Part shown: positions 20,993-29,611 of the stretch, one piece after another | How positions within the stretch are numbered: the first letter of the stretch is position 1 | Layout of the letters: every line of letters starts with the position of its first letter | DNA from: an uncultured delta proteobacterium | GTDB lineage: Bacteria > Desulfobacterota > Desulfobacteria > Desulfobacterales > JAFDCJ01 | Assembly (NCBI GenBank): GCA_963769935.1 | Contig: CAVYNY010000022.1 | Location: 672,001-736,000, forward strand | DNA: 64,000 nucleotides | Direction: 5' to 3' | The notes under the pieces: model-generated | The model's input: the letters and a program-made list of their open reading frames with translations, nothing else | The model's database searches: none | What the model was told of the DNA's origin: nothing | Translations under genes and position numbers: made by a program

Positions 20993-22000
20993 TCAGGTTA
21001 AACGGTCATTGGCCAGCTTCCGTTTCTGCTTTTCGTCTTCAAGTTCTTCGTAAGCGCGGATAATTTCCTGGACCAGTTTATGCCTGACAACATCCTTTTT
21101 TGAGAAAAATACGAATTCAATTCCATCGATATCCTGTAAAATATTCTTGGATTCGATCAGGCCGGAAGTTCTATTCGACGGCAGATCAATCTGGGTGATA
21201 TCGCCGGTAATAACCGCTTTTGAATTGAACCCGATCCGGGTTAAGAACATTTTCATCTGTTCCGAGGTGGTGTTTTGGGCTTCATCCAGGATGATAAAGG
21301 AATCATTTAAAGTGCGTCCTCGCATAAAGGCAATGGGGGCGACTTCAATAACTCCTTTTTGCATGAGGGCGGCCGTTTTTTCGAACCGCATCATGTCGTG
21401 AAGCGCATCATACAGCGGTCTTAGATATGGGTCGACCTTTTCAGCCAAGTCTCCCGGCAAAAATCCGAGGGCTTCCCCCGCTTCAACGGCCGGACGGGTT
21501 AAAATGATCCGGCTGACGATTCCCTTCGACAAGGCGGAGACCGCCATTGCCATTGCCAGATAAGTTTTGCCGGTTCCTGCCGGTCCGATGCCGAACACGA
21601 TATCATATTTGCGGATAGCATCAATATATTCTTTCTGGGCCAGGCTTTTGGGGGTAATCGCACTCTTTTTCGCAGTGATGAATACCCGATCCAGAAAAAT
21701 AGTCTTCAAATCAATGTGATCGTCGGCGCTTAAGACGTTGATTGCAAAGTCGATATCATTGGGGTGGATGGGATAGCCTTCCTTCAGAAGACTGTAGAGC
21801 TGTTGGAGCACCTTAGCCGCCAGTTCGGCCGCGATTTCGTCCCCGGTAATAAAGACGGTGTTCCCCCTTGCATTAATGGTGACGCCGATGGACTTGGCAA
21901 CCTTTTGCAGATTGGTGTTGCGTTCTCCGAAAAGCTGTCGGGTCAAATCAATATTGGCGAATTCCAGATTGGTTTGTTTGTTTGGGAGTTTCTCTGCCAT
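20993..22000 (-). CDS. phoH: PhoH-family ATPase
   Basis: GPAGTGKTYLA, RPAVEAGE.LGFLPGD, RGRTLN, DEAQN, GDITQIDLP. Confidence 0.96.
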   Translation of the reverse strand: MAEKLPNKQTNLEFANIDLTRQLFGERNTNLQKVAKSIGVTINARGNTVFITGDEIAAELAAKVLQQLYSLLKEGYPIHPNDIDFAINVLSADDHIDLKTIFLDRVFITAKKSAITPKSLAQKEYIDAIRKYDIVFGIGPAGTGKTYLAMAMAVSALSKGIVSRIILTRPAVEAGEALGFLPGDLAEKVDPYLRPLYDALHDMMRFEKTAALMQKGVIEVAPIAFMRGRTLNDSFIILDEAQNTTSEQMKMFLTRIGFNSKAVITGDITQIDLPSNRTSGLIESKNILQDIDGIEFVFFSKKDVVRHKLVQEIIRAYEELEDEKQKRKLANDRLT

Positions 22001-22242
22001 TATGTTTTATCCAAACGCGGTATCGCTATTTTTCAGGGCGGCGTAATTAGCATGTCGTTCCAAAACTTTTCTTTTATCATATTCTTGGAAGCGATTGCAA
22101 ACGCCAATTTCCATACGCCTTGAAAAAGAAAAATACCTTGACGTTCTATATACGCTTTTGTTACTTGACCCGATTAACCAAAATCGATATCGTTTCATTT
22201 CGTAAAATAAGATGGGCGGCATGAATTTGCCAGTGATTTTAT

Positions 22243-22770
22243 ATGAATCCGTTTGATATTTTAATCGTGGTCATATTGGGCTACAGCCTGGTAAGAGGCC
22301 TTTTCAGGGGACTGGTCAAGGAGATATCCTCTATCATCGGGGTCTTTGGCGGGTTTTATGCAGCCTATACCTATTATGCGGTTCTCGCCAAGGTTCTCGC
22401 CGGATTGATTCATGACGTTTCATACCTTAATATATTGAGTTTTCTGATCGTTTTTTGCTGTGTTCTGATCATTGTCAGTGTTTTAGGAATTATTATCAAA
22501 TACTTGCTGAACATTGCCTTTTTAGGCTGGGTCGACCGGATCAGCGGTCTGGTCTTCGGCGGCATTAAAGCCATTCTAATCGTCTCCGTTCTTTTCATTT
22601 CGCTGACTGCATTTCTCCCCAAAGGATCTTCTTTTATCAAGGACTCCGTTCTGGCTCCCCATGTCGCCTGGGTTTCAGAAAAAATGGCAAAAGTGGTCTC
22701 CAAACAAATGAAAGAGGAGTTTATGATCAAACTGGGGGGGCTCAAAAAATCATGGAAAATATCAAATTAA
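22243..22770 (+). CDS. cvpA: CvpA / colicin V production family membrane protein
   Basis: MNPFDI...RGLFRGLVKE...DRISGLVFG..K; hydrophobic. Confidence 0.9.
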   Translation: MNPFDILIVVILGYSLVRGLFRGLVKEISSIIGVFGGFYAAYTYYAVLAKVLAGLIHDVSYLNILSFLIVFCCVLIIVSVLGIIIKYLLNIAFLGWVDRISGLVFGGIKAILIVSVLFISLTAFLPKGSSFIKDSVLAPHVAWVSEKMAKVVSKQMKEEFMIKLGGLKKSWKISN

Positions 22771-23555
22771 AACAAGTCCATACGGAATTAGAAGCACTAT
22801 TGCAATTGGTCGAAACCTTGCGGGGTAAAAATGGCTGTCCGTGGGATAAAAAGCAAACACCGGAAACCGTCAGTATTTACCTGATGGAGGAAGTCTTCGA
22901 GCTGGCTGAAGCGATTGAAACAGCCGACCCCGATCAAATCCGTGATGAACTGGGAGACGTTCTATTTCACATCGTTTTTATCGCCCGGATGTTTCAGGAG
23001 CGCGCCGAATTCGACCTGGCGGCAGTTGCTCAAACGATTACCCGCAAGATGATTCGTCGCCACCCCCATGTTTTTGGCGAAACAAAGATCAGCAGCAGCG
23101 AAGAGGTCATTCAAAACTGGCACAAAATCAAACTTGAGGAAAAAAAGCCGGAGGCCGGACAATCGCTTCTTGATTCAGTACCCGCAAAACTCCCGGCCTT
23201 ATTGCGTGCTTACCGCATCTCCGACCGGGTTGCCAGAGCCGCGTTTGACGACACGGATATTGACAGTAATCTGAACAAGGCCCAAAACGCTTTGGATAGT
23301 CTAAAAGCAGGATTGCGATGTCAGGATAAAAACGTTGCCGCAGAGCAAGTTGGCGACTTGCTGTTTGCCGTGGTAAACCTTGCCCGCATTGGTAAAATCC
23401 ATCCGGAAACGGCCTTGGCCGGATCCGTAAAGCGGTTTGAGCAACGATTTAAGAAGATGGAAGAGGTGGTGTCTGAAAGCAAGCGGGAGTTTGCAGAGGT
23501 CAGTGTTGACGAAAAAAAACTGATCTGGCAGAAATTACAAAAGAACGTCTTATAA
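22752..23555 (+). CDS. mazG: Nucleoside triphosphate pyrophosphohydrolase MazG
   Basis: GCPWDKKQT, EEVFE, DELGDVLF, KMIRRHPHVFG, LPAL.RA, GDLLFAVVNLAR. Confidence 0.93.
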   Translation: MENIKLKQVHTELEALLQLVETLRGKNGCPWDKKQTPETVSIYLMEEVFELAEAIETADPDQIRDELGDVLFHIVFIARMFQERAEFDLAAVAQTITRKMIRRHPHVFGETKISSSEEVIQNWHKIKLEEKKPEAGQSLLDSVPAKLPALLRAYRISDRVARAAFDDTDIDSNLNKAQNALDSLKAGLRCQDKNVAAEQVGDLLFAVVNLARIGKIHPETALAGSVKRFEQRFKKMEEVVSESKREFAEVSVDEKKLIWQKLQKNVL

Positions 23556-23745
23556 GCCGGTTCTGCGATCGAACAGAGTCGGCCGGCAAAAAGCCATTCG
23601 ATGGCCGGCAGCGGGTGAGGTCCCCGGCAGCCGCTGAAGGATATGCTTTCGAGAGCACCCACGCAGTAACCGGACGAGTTTTCAGAAACCAGTCGCCTGT
23701 GCTCTCAACTTGGGCGTTTGACTCCGGCTTTGTATCAAAGCCGTC
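23555..23745. ncRNA. Candidate structured non-coding RNA (unassigned)
   Basis: Nested and adjacent stems: aagccgg/ccggctt, gagtc/gactc, gccggc/gccggc, cagcgg/ccgctg, gagagcac/gtgctctc; lies between convergent genes. Confidence 0.35.
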
Positions 23746-23756
23746 GGATTAAAACT

Positions 23757-23828
23757 GAAAGCCCCCTTTGGCAACGATGTCATCCGACATCCGTTGCCGC
23801 CCTTCTGTCGGCGAAGGAGGGGACTTTC
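23757..23828 (-). terminator. Branched hairpin after the stop of 23831-24124, possible terminator
   Basis: Outer stem gaaagccccc/ggggactttc enclosing ggcaacg..cgttgcc and ccttc..gaagg; followed by agtttt on the minus strand. Confidence 0.4.
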
Positions 23829-23830
23829 AT

Positions 23831-24124
23831 TTAAACCGTTTCGCCAAAGGGAAGATACCCCGGCGGAATTTTTTTGATCAATTTACCATCCTCGGTGTAC
23901 TTTTCGACGATCAGTTGGCCGTTTTCCAGGCTATTGCGCGACTTAAGGTTTTCGTCGGTCTGCAAATTCATCTCAGGCTTCTGACCATCATTGCTTTTTT
24001 CGATCGGCCGCTGGGCTTTGATCTTATCGGTTTTCCGGACTTCCAGATCTTTATTATAGGTTTCTGCGTAATAGCTCGTGCGCACAAATTGCTGCATCGT
24101 GGCTTCACCAATTGCGTTAATCAT
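23831..24124 (-). CDS. Small protein with FlaG-like C-terminus
   Basis: AAGGAGG RBS; C-terminal GQLIVEKYTEDGKLIKKIPP resembles the FlaG 'GEVIRQIPP' pattern. Confidence 0.7.
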   Translation of the reverse strand: MINAIGEATMQQFVRTSYYAETYNKDLEVRKTDKIKAQRPIEKSNDGQKPEMNLQTDENLKSRNSLENGQLIVEKYTEDGKLIKKIPPGYLPFGETV

Positions 24125-24190
24125 TTCGTCCTCCTTTTACTCGACGCTCATCCGTTATCCGCATCCACTGGTCGAAACTTCCCCCGATAG

Positions 24191-24616
24191 TCAGACCCAC
24201 GATCCCGTTTTTTTGTTGCCAGACTCTTTGGCCAACTGCTCAAGCTTTTGAATCAAAAAGCCGGAATCTTCAACAGAAAGCGTATTTGTAATTTTCTGGT
24301 TTATAGAATCAATGGCATTAAACACGAACGTTGTTTCTTGCTTTTCATCCGCCGGAGAATTATTAGGCGGAATCATTTCATTTTCTGCGGTGATTCTTTG
24401 GCGAGTTTCGGCCAGCGAACCGAATCTCGTAATTTTGCTTAAAATGTCCTTTGATACTTTTTCAATCGTTGCCTGTCGTTTTTCCTCTGGGGTCAAATTT
24501 ACCCGATCCGTCAGCATCCTTGCGGCCGGATTATTGTTACCTGAGGATACATTTTGTTTAAGCTGCTTGCTGTAGACATTTAAGACATTGTGCATTTGAT
24601 AGCTTGGAACATACAT
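24191..24616 (-). CDS. DVU0524-like (FlgM-associated) protein
   Basis: MYVPSYQMHNVLNVYSKQL...DRVNLTPEEKRQATIEKV; GGAGG RBS. Confidence 0.7.
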   Translation of the reverse strand: MYVPSYQMHNVLNVYSKQLKQNVSSGNNNPAARMLTDRVNLTPEEKRQATIEKVSKDILSKITRFGSLAETRQRITAENEMIPPNNSPADEKQETTFVFNAIDSINQKITNTLSVEDSGFLIQKLEQLAKESGNKKTGSWV

Positions 24617-24638
24617 GCCGCAATCCCTCCTGACCTGA

Positions 24639-24666
24639 TTATCGGCACCGTCTACCGCAGACTTTA
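24639..24666 (-). promoter_or_regulatory. Putative sigma28 (FliA) promoter
   Basis: Minus strand TAAA-N16-GCCGATAA, ending 22 nt upstream of the 24616 start. Confidence 0.7.
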
Positions 24667-24849
24667 GAAAAATAATTGAAATGCTGAAAATGATTGGCGA
24701 TATATTGTGTTAACCATTTTAAATTATTGATAATGCCACTTGGAAGGAATGTGCGGAGGAACCGCTGTGAGATGGACGGAAGATTGAATAGAATACAGCA
24801 GCATGTCAGAGAATCCGGTCGCTGCGTTCAGGGTCATTAAAGTAGGGTC

Positions 24850-24929
24850 GAGTGCTGAGGACTGAGCGTCTCACTTTGGCTATCGCCGGAAATTGCCTAA
24901 ACTCGGTCCTCAGTCCTCGCTACTCGGTT
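24850..24929. repeat. Heptamer-arm element downstream of fba
   Basis: gagtgct gaggact gag...ctcggtc ctcagtc ctcgcta ctcggtt. Confidence 0.7.
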
Positions 24930-24948
24930 CTGACTTGGAATCGGCCTC

Positions 24949-26244
24949 CTAGTCTTCGAAATTTCCTTGCGGCCCCTTATCATTCTGGATGGCTGCCGCC
25001 CGGGCCACGATCTTTTCAGGCGTCCATTCCGAAGGCTTTTCAATCCGTTCTGCTTTGGGGCCGGCATCATAGGATCCGGCGCTGAGAATGGCCGCCACGG
25101 CCAGGGGTGCAGTATTCTCGGCGCTGAATACATTTACCAGCATACCATAAATGAAATCTTCAACCCTTTTGACCATGCGTTCTCTGATTTCACGGTCCTG
25201 GCCGAGCAATTTATTTTCAAATGGTAAATTGAGTTTTTTATAATCACCGGCCTTCCATCCCTGCTTCTGAGCGTAGGCGGCCATCTCAGCCCACATCTGG
25301 GCGGTAACGCCTTGATCTTGGACTTTGATAAACTCTCCCTGGCCGTCAAGCTGAGCATTGCCGTAGTCATTGATTTCAAGACCCCATGAGATCATTTGCA
25401 GGGCCGTGGCGACATTGGCTTTTGTGGTTCTGGTTTTGGAAGCTATTTCACGCAGGCGGTCGGAATTGTTGCCGGACGTACCATGCTGAGCTCCGGAAAC
25501 TTTATATTTCTCGAGGGCGGCATGAATCCGAGCGGTCAGATCCACCTGGATGCCCTGGTCGCTGGCCTCGATTCCGTGAGTCGTGCCGTTGTTCAAGGCG
25601 ATCCAGTCCGGGAAGATGTCATGGGCATTCAATCCCTGGATGAGAAACAGGGCCTCTTCCACGGTTGACAGCCCTTCCTTGCCTTTGATTTCCCCGATTT
25701 CAGTTTCCAGGCCGGCCCATTCGGGTATAGACGGATTCAGCGCCAGATTAGCCAGCAGATTTTTATCATCCGGCATATGAGATGCGTCAATGGCGATGGA
25801 GGTTATACCGGCCTCAAACATCGAGGGAATTTCGATTTTGGCGGCTTCAACATCCTGGTCGCTTTTTAACCCGTAATGGTCGGCATGAATTGCAACCGGG
25901 ATGGTTATCCCCAATTCATTACAGGCGGCATCAACGATTCGGGCAATATTCCAGTAGTTCACCGCGCAATAGGCATTGGCTCCGCCTTCCGATTTGGCAA
26001 TTTCAATGATAAGGGCGGCATTGGCTCGCTGGGCCGCCTTTAATGCGCCGCGAATGACAAAACTGTTTCTGCCGTTGGCTGCAATAGCGATGGCGCCTCG
26101 TTTCGCGAGCATGGATCGGTCAATGAATTTTCCACTGACGATCAGAGCTCTGGAGTTTGGAAAGCATTTGACGATGTTCGGCGGCCGGCCGATTTGCAGG
26201 GCTTTTTCAAAATCTGCAGAATTACCCGTCTTGGTTTCTGCCAT
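24949..26244 (-). CDS. fba: Class II fructose-bisphosphate aldolase
   Basis: AIHADHYG, SIAIDASH, ETEIGEI, NGTTHG, AQHGTSG, KANVATAL; GGAGG RBS before MAETK. Confidence 0.9.
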   Translation of the reverse strand: MAETKTGNSADFEKALQIGRPPNIVKCFPNSRALIVSGKFIDRSMLAKRGAIAIAANGRNSFVIRGALKAAQRANAALIIEIAKSEGGANAYCAVNYWNIARIVDAACNELGITIPVAIHADHYGLKSDQDVEAAKIEIPSMFEAGITSIAIDASHMPDDKNLLANLALNPSIPEWAGLETEIGEIKGKEGLSTVEEALFLIQGLNAHDIFPDWIALNNGTTHGIEASDQGIQVDLTARIHAALEKYKVSGAQHGTSGNNSDRLREIASKTRTTKANVATALQMISWGLEINDYGNAQLDGQGEFIKVQDQGVTAQMWAEMAAYAQKQGWKAGDYKKLNLPFENKLLGQDREIRERMVKRVEDFIYGMLVNVFSAENTAPLAVAAILSAGSYDAGPKAERIEKPSEWTPEKIVARAAAIQNDKGPQGNFED

Positions 26245-26541
26245 AACATAACCTCCTTCCTGTGGGGTTAACAGTTGCGGTATGTCGTTTTCATCATGAA
26301 AATAATCGTTAGAACGCACGTCTTCGATCAACTGGAGTATTTCCTGCTGGTGGGATTGCGGTGCGTACAATTTTCCCCAGCCGTTTTGCAGCTGGAATAA
26401 TCCGTTATAGGCCGTGTCGTGATACGATCGGAGGCGATAGGGAATCTGCCGTTGATCCAATATCGAGCTGATAAACTGAGCTTCGATGGCATTTTCCAAA
26501 ATGGCGACTTCAACCAGTTGTAGTCCAGATTCTTGCGGCAT
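26245..26541 (-). CDS. DUF2007-like small protein, in frame with fba and lacking its own stop
   Basis: AILENAIEAQFISSIL..RQIPY.LRSYHDTAYNGLFQLQNGWG. Confidence 0.6.
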
Positions 26542-26641
26542 TGCCGTGATCCTAAAAATTGGTCGATGGCTTGACCCGCTGAAGGGCATCCCAAAGCCGC
26601 GTATCTCGCGGCAGGGCATCAATTAAGTTTAATATGAAAAC

Positions 26642-26902
26642 CTAAGCATAAATATCGATAAGTAAACCAACCTGATTTAATTTTGGTGTGTTAAGGCGCC
26701 GGTCGGAACTATACTCAGGTTCATGAAGGTCTGGCGGGGTTAGGCTACCGGAGAAATCTTTCAGGCCCAGCAGGTTGTATCGCATTAATCTACGGTCCGC
26801 GAAAACAGGAACGGCATCCGAAATACCCGCTGTTTGGGGCATAACCTGGTGTTGATCCGGATAATAAGGAATGAGCTGGTTGTTGTTTGAAGGAATATCC
26901 AT
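26642..26902 (-). CDS. Small hypothetical protein with C-terminal G-x-x-I-D-x-Y-A motif
   Basis: 86-aa ORF ending VGLLIDIYA. Confidence 0.6.
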   Translation of the reverse strand: MDIPSNNNQLIPYYPDQHQVMPQTAGISDAVPVFADRRLMRYNLLGLKDFSGSLTPPDLHEPEYSSDRRLNTPKLNQVGLLIDIYA

Positions 26903-27115
26903 CTGGAAACTTATTACCTTAACCAGGATTTTTTACTTTAAAGAGTATGGAGTGTTGCCGACCGTCCGGCAAAGAATATAGAGGAGAATTGGCAGATATG
27001 TCAAGTATAAAGCGTTATTTGAGTCCCACGGAGCAAATCCATAAATGATGGATTAAACCTCCGGCTTATAAAAAACTACCGAGGACGCATTGCCGCCGGG
27101 GGAACTATCAGTCCT

Positions 27116-27796
27116 TTATTCTACGTTTTTATCCTTTTTATGCTGTACTTCGGCGTTTCGCTGAGTCACAAGATCATTATAGGCTTCAACCTGTTCTTTG
27201 TATTGTTTCCCCTTTTGCACATAGGCCTCAGCTCGTTTATTCAGTTCCTCCACTTTGGCATTGTATTTTAAAATATCATCGCGATTAGTTAAAGACTCCT
27301 TCTCTTTGGCAAGCGTTTTCTTTTCGTTGAGGATCTCGCGATATTCATTGTCAATTTCTTTTTTCATGGTTTCCAGCCGCGCGCGGTTCGCATCCAGGTC
27401 GTCCGCATCCTTGGGGATGTCCGCTGCAACCTGGGACTCTTCCTCTCCCTCTTCCTTTACCTCAGTCTTCTCGTCGCTGGTATCCGTTTCTACCGGCTCA
27501 TCCTTGTAGCTGCTCTCCAGCTCCGGGTCCGTTTCTTCCCCCTGCACCGATCCGGCTGCCTGCTCCGATTCGGCAGCCTGCTCGGGTTCCGCCTGGACAT
27601 TGCCTTGCTTGGCGTCTACGTCACTTTCATACTCCTGGCTGGCTTCCATAGCCTCTCTTTGATCCGGGGGAACCTGGTTTAAATCATCTGTGAAATGATA
27701 GTTGCCCTCTTCATCGACGTACTTGTAAATTTCGGCCTGAACATGGAAGGCCAAGAGGCAAATTGCCAAGACAACTAAACATCTTATTAATTTCAA
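27116..27796 (-). CDS. Exported DUF4124-like protein with acidic linker and coiled coil
   Basis: TTG start after GGAGG; signal peptide ending VQA; EIYKYVDEEGNYHFTDD..VP. Confidence 0.85.
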   Translation of the reverse strand: MKLIRCLVVLAICLLAFHVQAEIYKYVDEEGNYHFTDDLNQVPPDQREAMEASQEYESDVDAKQGNVQAEPEQAAESEQAAGSVQGEETDPELESSYKDEPVETDTSDEKTEVKEEGEEESQVAADIPKDADDLDANRARLETMKKEIDNEYREILNEKKTLAKEKESLTNRDDILKYNAKVEELNKRAEAYVQKGKQYKEQVEAYNDLVTQRNAEVQHKKDKNVE

Positions 27797-28107
27797 GGGA
27801 TTGTCCTCCATCTTGTCTATGATTGGGTTTTCTTCATGCGACAGCCTGTGATCGCTATGATGAGAATCCAAACTCATTTATTGGCGCAACAAGGTTAATG
27901 TTGCCCGCCTTAAATATCTATCATAAGTCCATCCTCATAGCAAATGTGTCAAAACAGGTGCCTGCCCAACTCAATATTTAATATCGTCCGCTAATATGAA
28001 AAGTTTAATAAATATTTTCTCTGCCATCTGCAATAGTTACTTGACAGGAGATCCCCTAAATATTCTATATTCGGCGGAACGAATTTGGGAATTATTTTTC
28101 GGCAAGT

Positions 28108-28150
28108 TTATTCTAACATTGAAAACCTGGTCCTGTCGACCAGGATTCTT
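28108..28150. repeat. 43-bp palindromic dispersed repeat, copy 2
   Basis: ttattctaacattgaaaacctggtcctgtcgaccaggattctt. Confidence 0.75.
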
Positions 28151-28181
28151 TATTGAATCGACCGTTTATGGGGGAGTTGCC

Positions 28182-29420
28182 ATGCTAAGTGAAAAGGAAA
28201 AGCTGGATGCCCTGACACGTCTGGGAGTCGACCTCAATCAGATCCAGGATCTGGATATATTAATGGAAAGCATCCTTACCGAAGCCCGGCGCTTTGTCAA
28301 CGCCGATGCCGGCTCAATTTACATCCGGGACAAAGACCTGCTTCATTTCACATACACCCAAAATGATACGCTGCAAGGAAGATTAGGAGAGGGGCGGAAG
28401 CTGATATATTCCACCTTTAGGATTCCCATAAACGGCAACAGCATTGCAGGTTTTTCGGCCGAATCCGGTCGACCGCTAAACCTGCCCGATGTTTATCGTA
28501 TTGATCCGACCTGCCCGTATCGTTTTGATAAAGAATTCGATGATACGGCCGCTTACATCACGCGCTCGGTTTTAACCATACCCCTGCAGACCTCCAAAGG
28601 CGAATTACTCGGGATTCTTCAGATTATCAACGCCCAGGACGAGAACCTGAATGTTATCCCCTTCACTTTCACAGACGAAAAAATGATGATGCACTTTGCC
28701 AGCATCGCAGCTGTTGCCTTGGCCCGTGCTCAGATGACCCGCGCCATGTTACTGCGGATGATGAAAATGGCCGAGATGCGGGATCCCAAAGAAACAGGCA
28801 CGCATGTGAACCGGGTTGGGGGCTACGCCGTCGAAATCTATGAAAAATGGGCCCGCCGCCACCAGGTATTGCAAAAAGATATTGATAAAAACCGTGATAT
28901 GCTGCGCATGGCGGCCATGCTCCATGATGTCGGCAAGGTTGCCATATCCGATCTGGTTTTAAAAAAACCCGGTCGATTAAATAAAGACGAGTTTGAAACG
29001 ATGAAACTGCACACCGTTTCAGGTGCGCGTTTATTCTTGGGTCGGCAGTCCGACTTTGATGCCGCCGCCGCCCAGGTGGCCTTAACCCACCATGAACGGT
29101 GGGATGGCAGCGGTTATCCCGGGTATTTTGATATCACTGCTGATAAACCAGTTAACGGGTACGCCAAAGACGACGGTTCGGCCAGGGGTAAAAGGGGTGA
29201 TGAAATTCCAATCTACGGTCAAATCGTCGCCCTGGCCGATGTTTATGACGCGCTTTCCAGCCGGAGGGTGTACAAGGACGCCTGGGATGAATCGAAGGTT
29301 CTGGATCAAATTCAAGCAGGTGCCGGCCATCATTTTAATCCGGAACTGGTGGAAATCTTCTTTTCCTGCCTCGATGTTCTGCGGTCTATTCAAAAAAGGT
29401 ACCCCGACGATTCTCTTTGA
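28182..29420 (+). CDS. GAF + HD-GYP phosphodiesterase
   Basis: NADAGSIY, FDDTAAYITRSVLTIP (GAF); RDPKETGTHVNRV, HDVGK, HHERWDGSGYP, ALADVYDALSSRRVYK. Confidence 0.93.
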   Translation: MLSEKEKLDALTRLGVDLNQIQDLDILMESILTEARRFVNADAGSIYIRDKDLLHFTYTQNDTLQGRLGEGRKLIYSTFRIPINGNSIAGFSAESGRPLNLPDVYRIDPTCPYRFDKEFDDTAAYITRSVLTIPLQTSKGELLGILQIINAQDENLNVIPFTFTDEKMMMHFASIAAVALARAQMTRAMLLRMMKMAEMRDPKETGTHVNRVGGYAVEIYEKWARRHQVLQKDIDKNRDMLRMAAMLHDVGKVAISDLVLKKPGRLNKDEFETMKLHTVSGARLFLGRQSDFDAAAAQVALTHHERWDGSGYPGYFDITADKPVNGYAKDDGSARGKRGDEIPIYGQIVALADVYDALSSRRVYKDAWDESKVLDQIQAGAGHHFNPELVEIFFSCLDVLRSIQKRYPDDSL

Positions 29421-29505
29421 CAACAGGTTAAACTTCATATTCGTTATTTGCGCCGGTCTGCTTTTATGGTTTGCCAGCGGCCTGAAATATTGAGTCAAAT
29501 AACGT

Positions 29506-29533
29506 TTGACAATCTTCCAATGTGGTGTAAACT
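29506..29533 (+). promoter_or_regulatory. Putative sigma70 promoter for the lpoA-like gene
   Basis: TTGACA-N16-TAAACT. Confidence 0.45.
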
Positions 29534-29611
29534 GATTATGATCTCAAAGGGTTGGGATCGAATAACTCCCGGTGGGACAACATATTCTTAAACCGATATT
29601 GGTCGAAACTT

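Noticed and set aside
23552..23830. RNase P RNA (minus strand has GAAAGTCC near one end and CAGAACCGGCTTA at the other)
   Set aside because: The P4 partners do not pair (GAAAGTCCCC rather than GTCCGG), internal conserved motifs (AGTGCCACAGAAA, GGTAAAC, GAGCAA) are absent, and the GAAAGTCC is used in a local hairpin.
27545..27600. Short tandem repeat in the DUF4124-like gene (AEPEQA/AESEQA)
   Set aside because: Ordinary low-complexity linker duplication.
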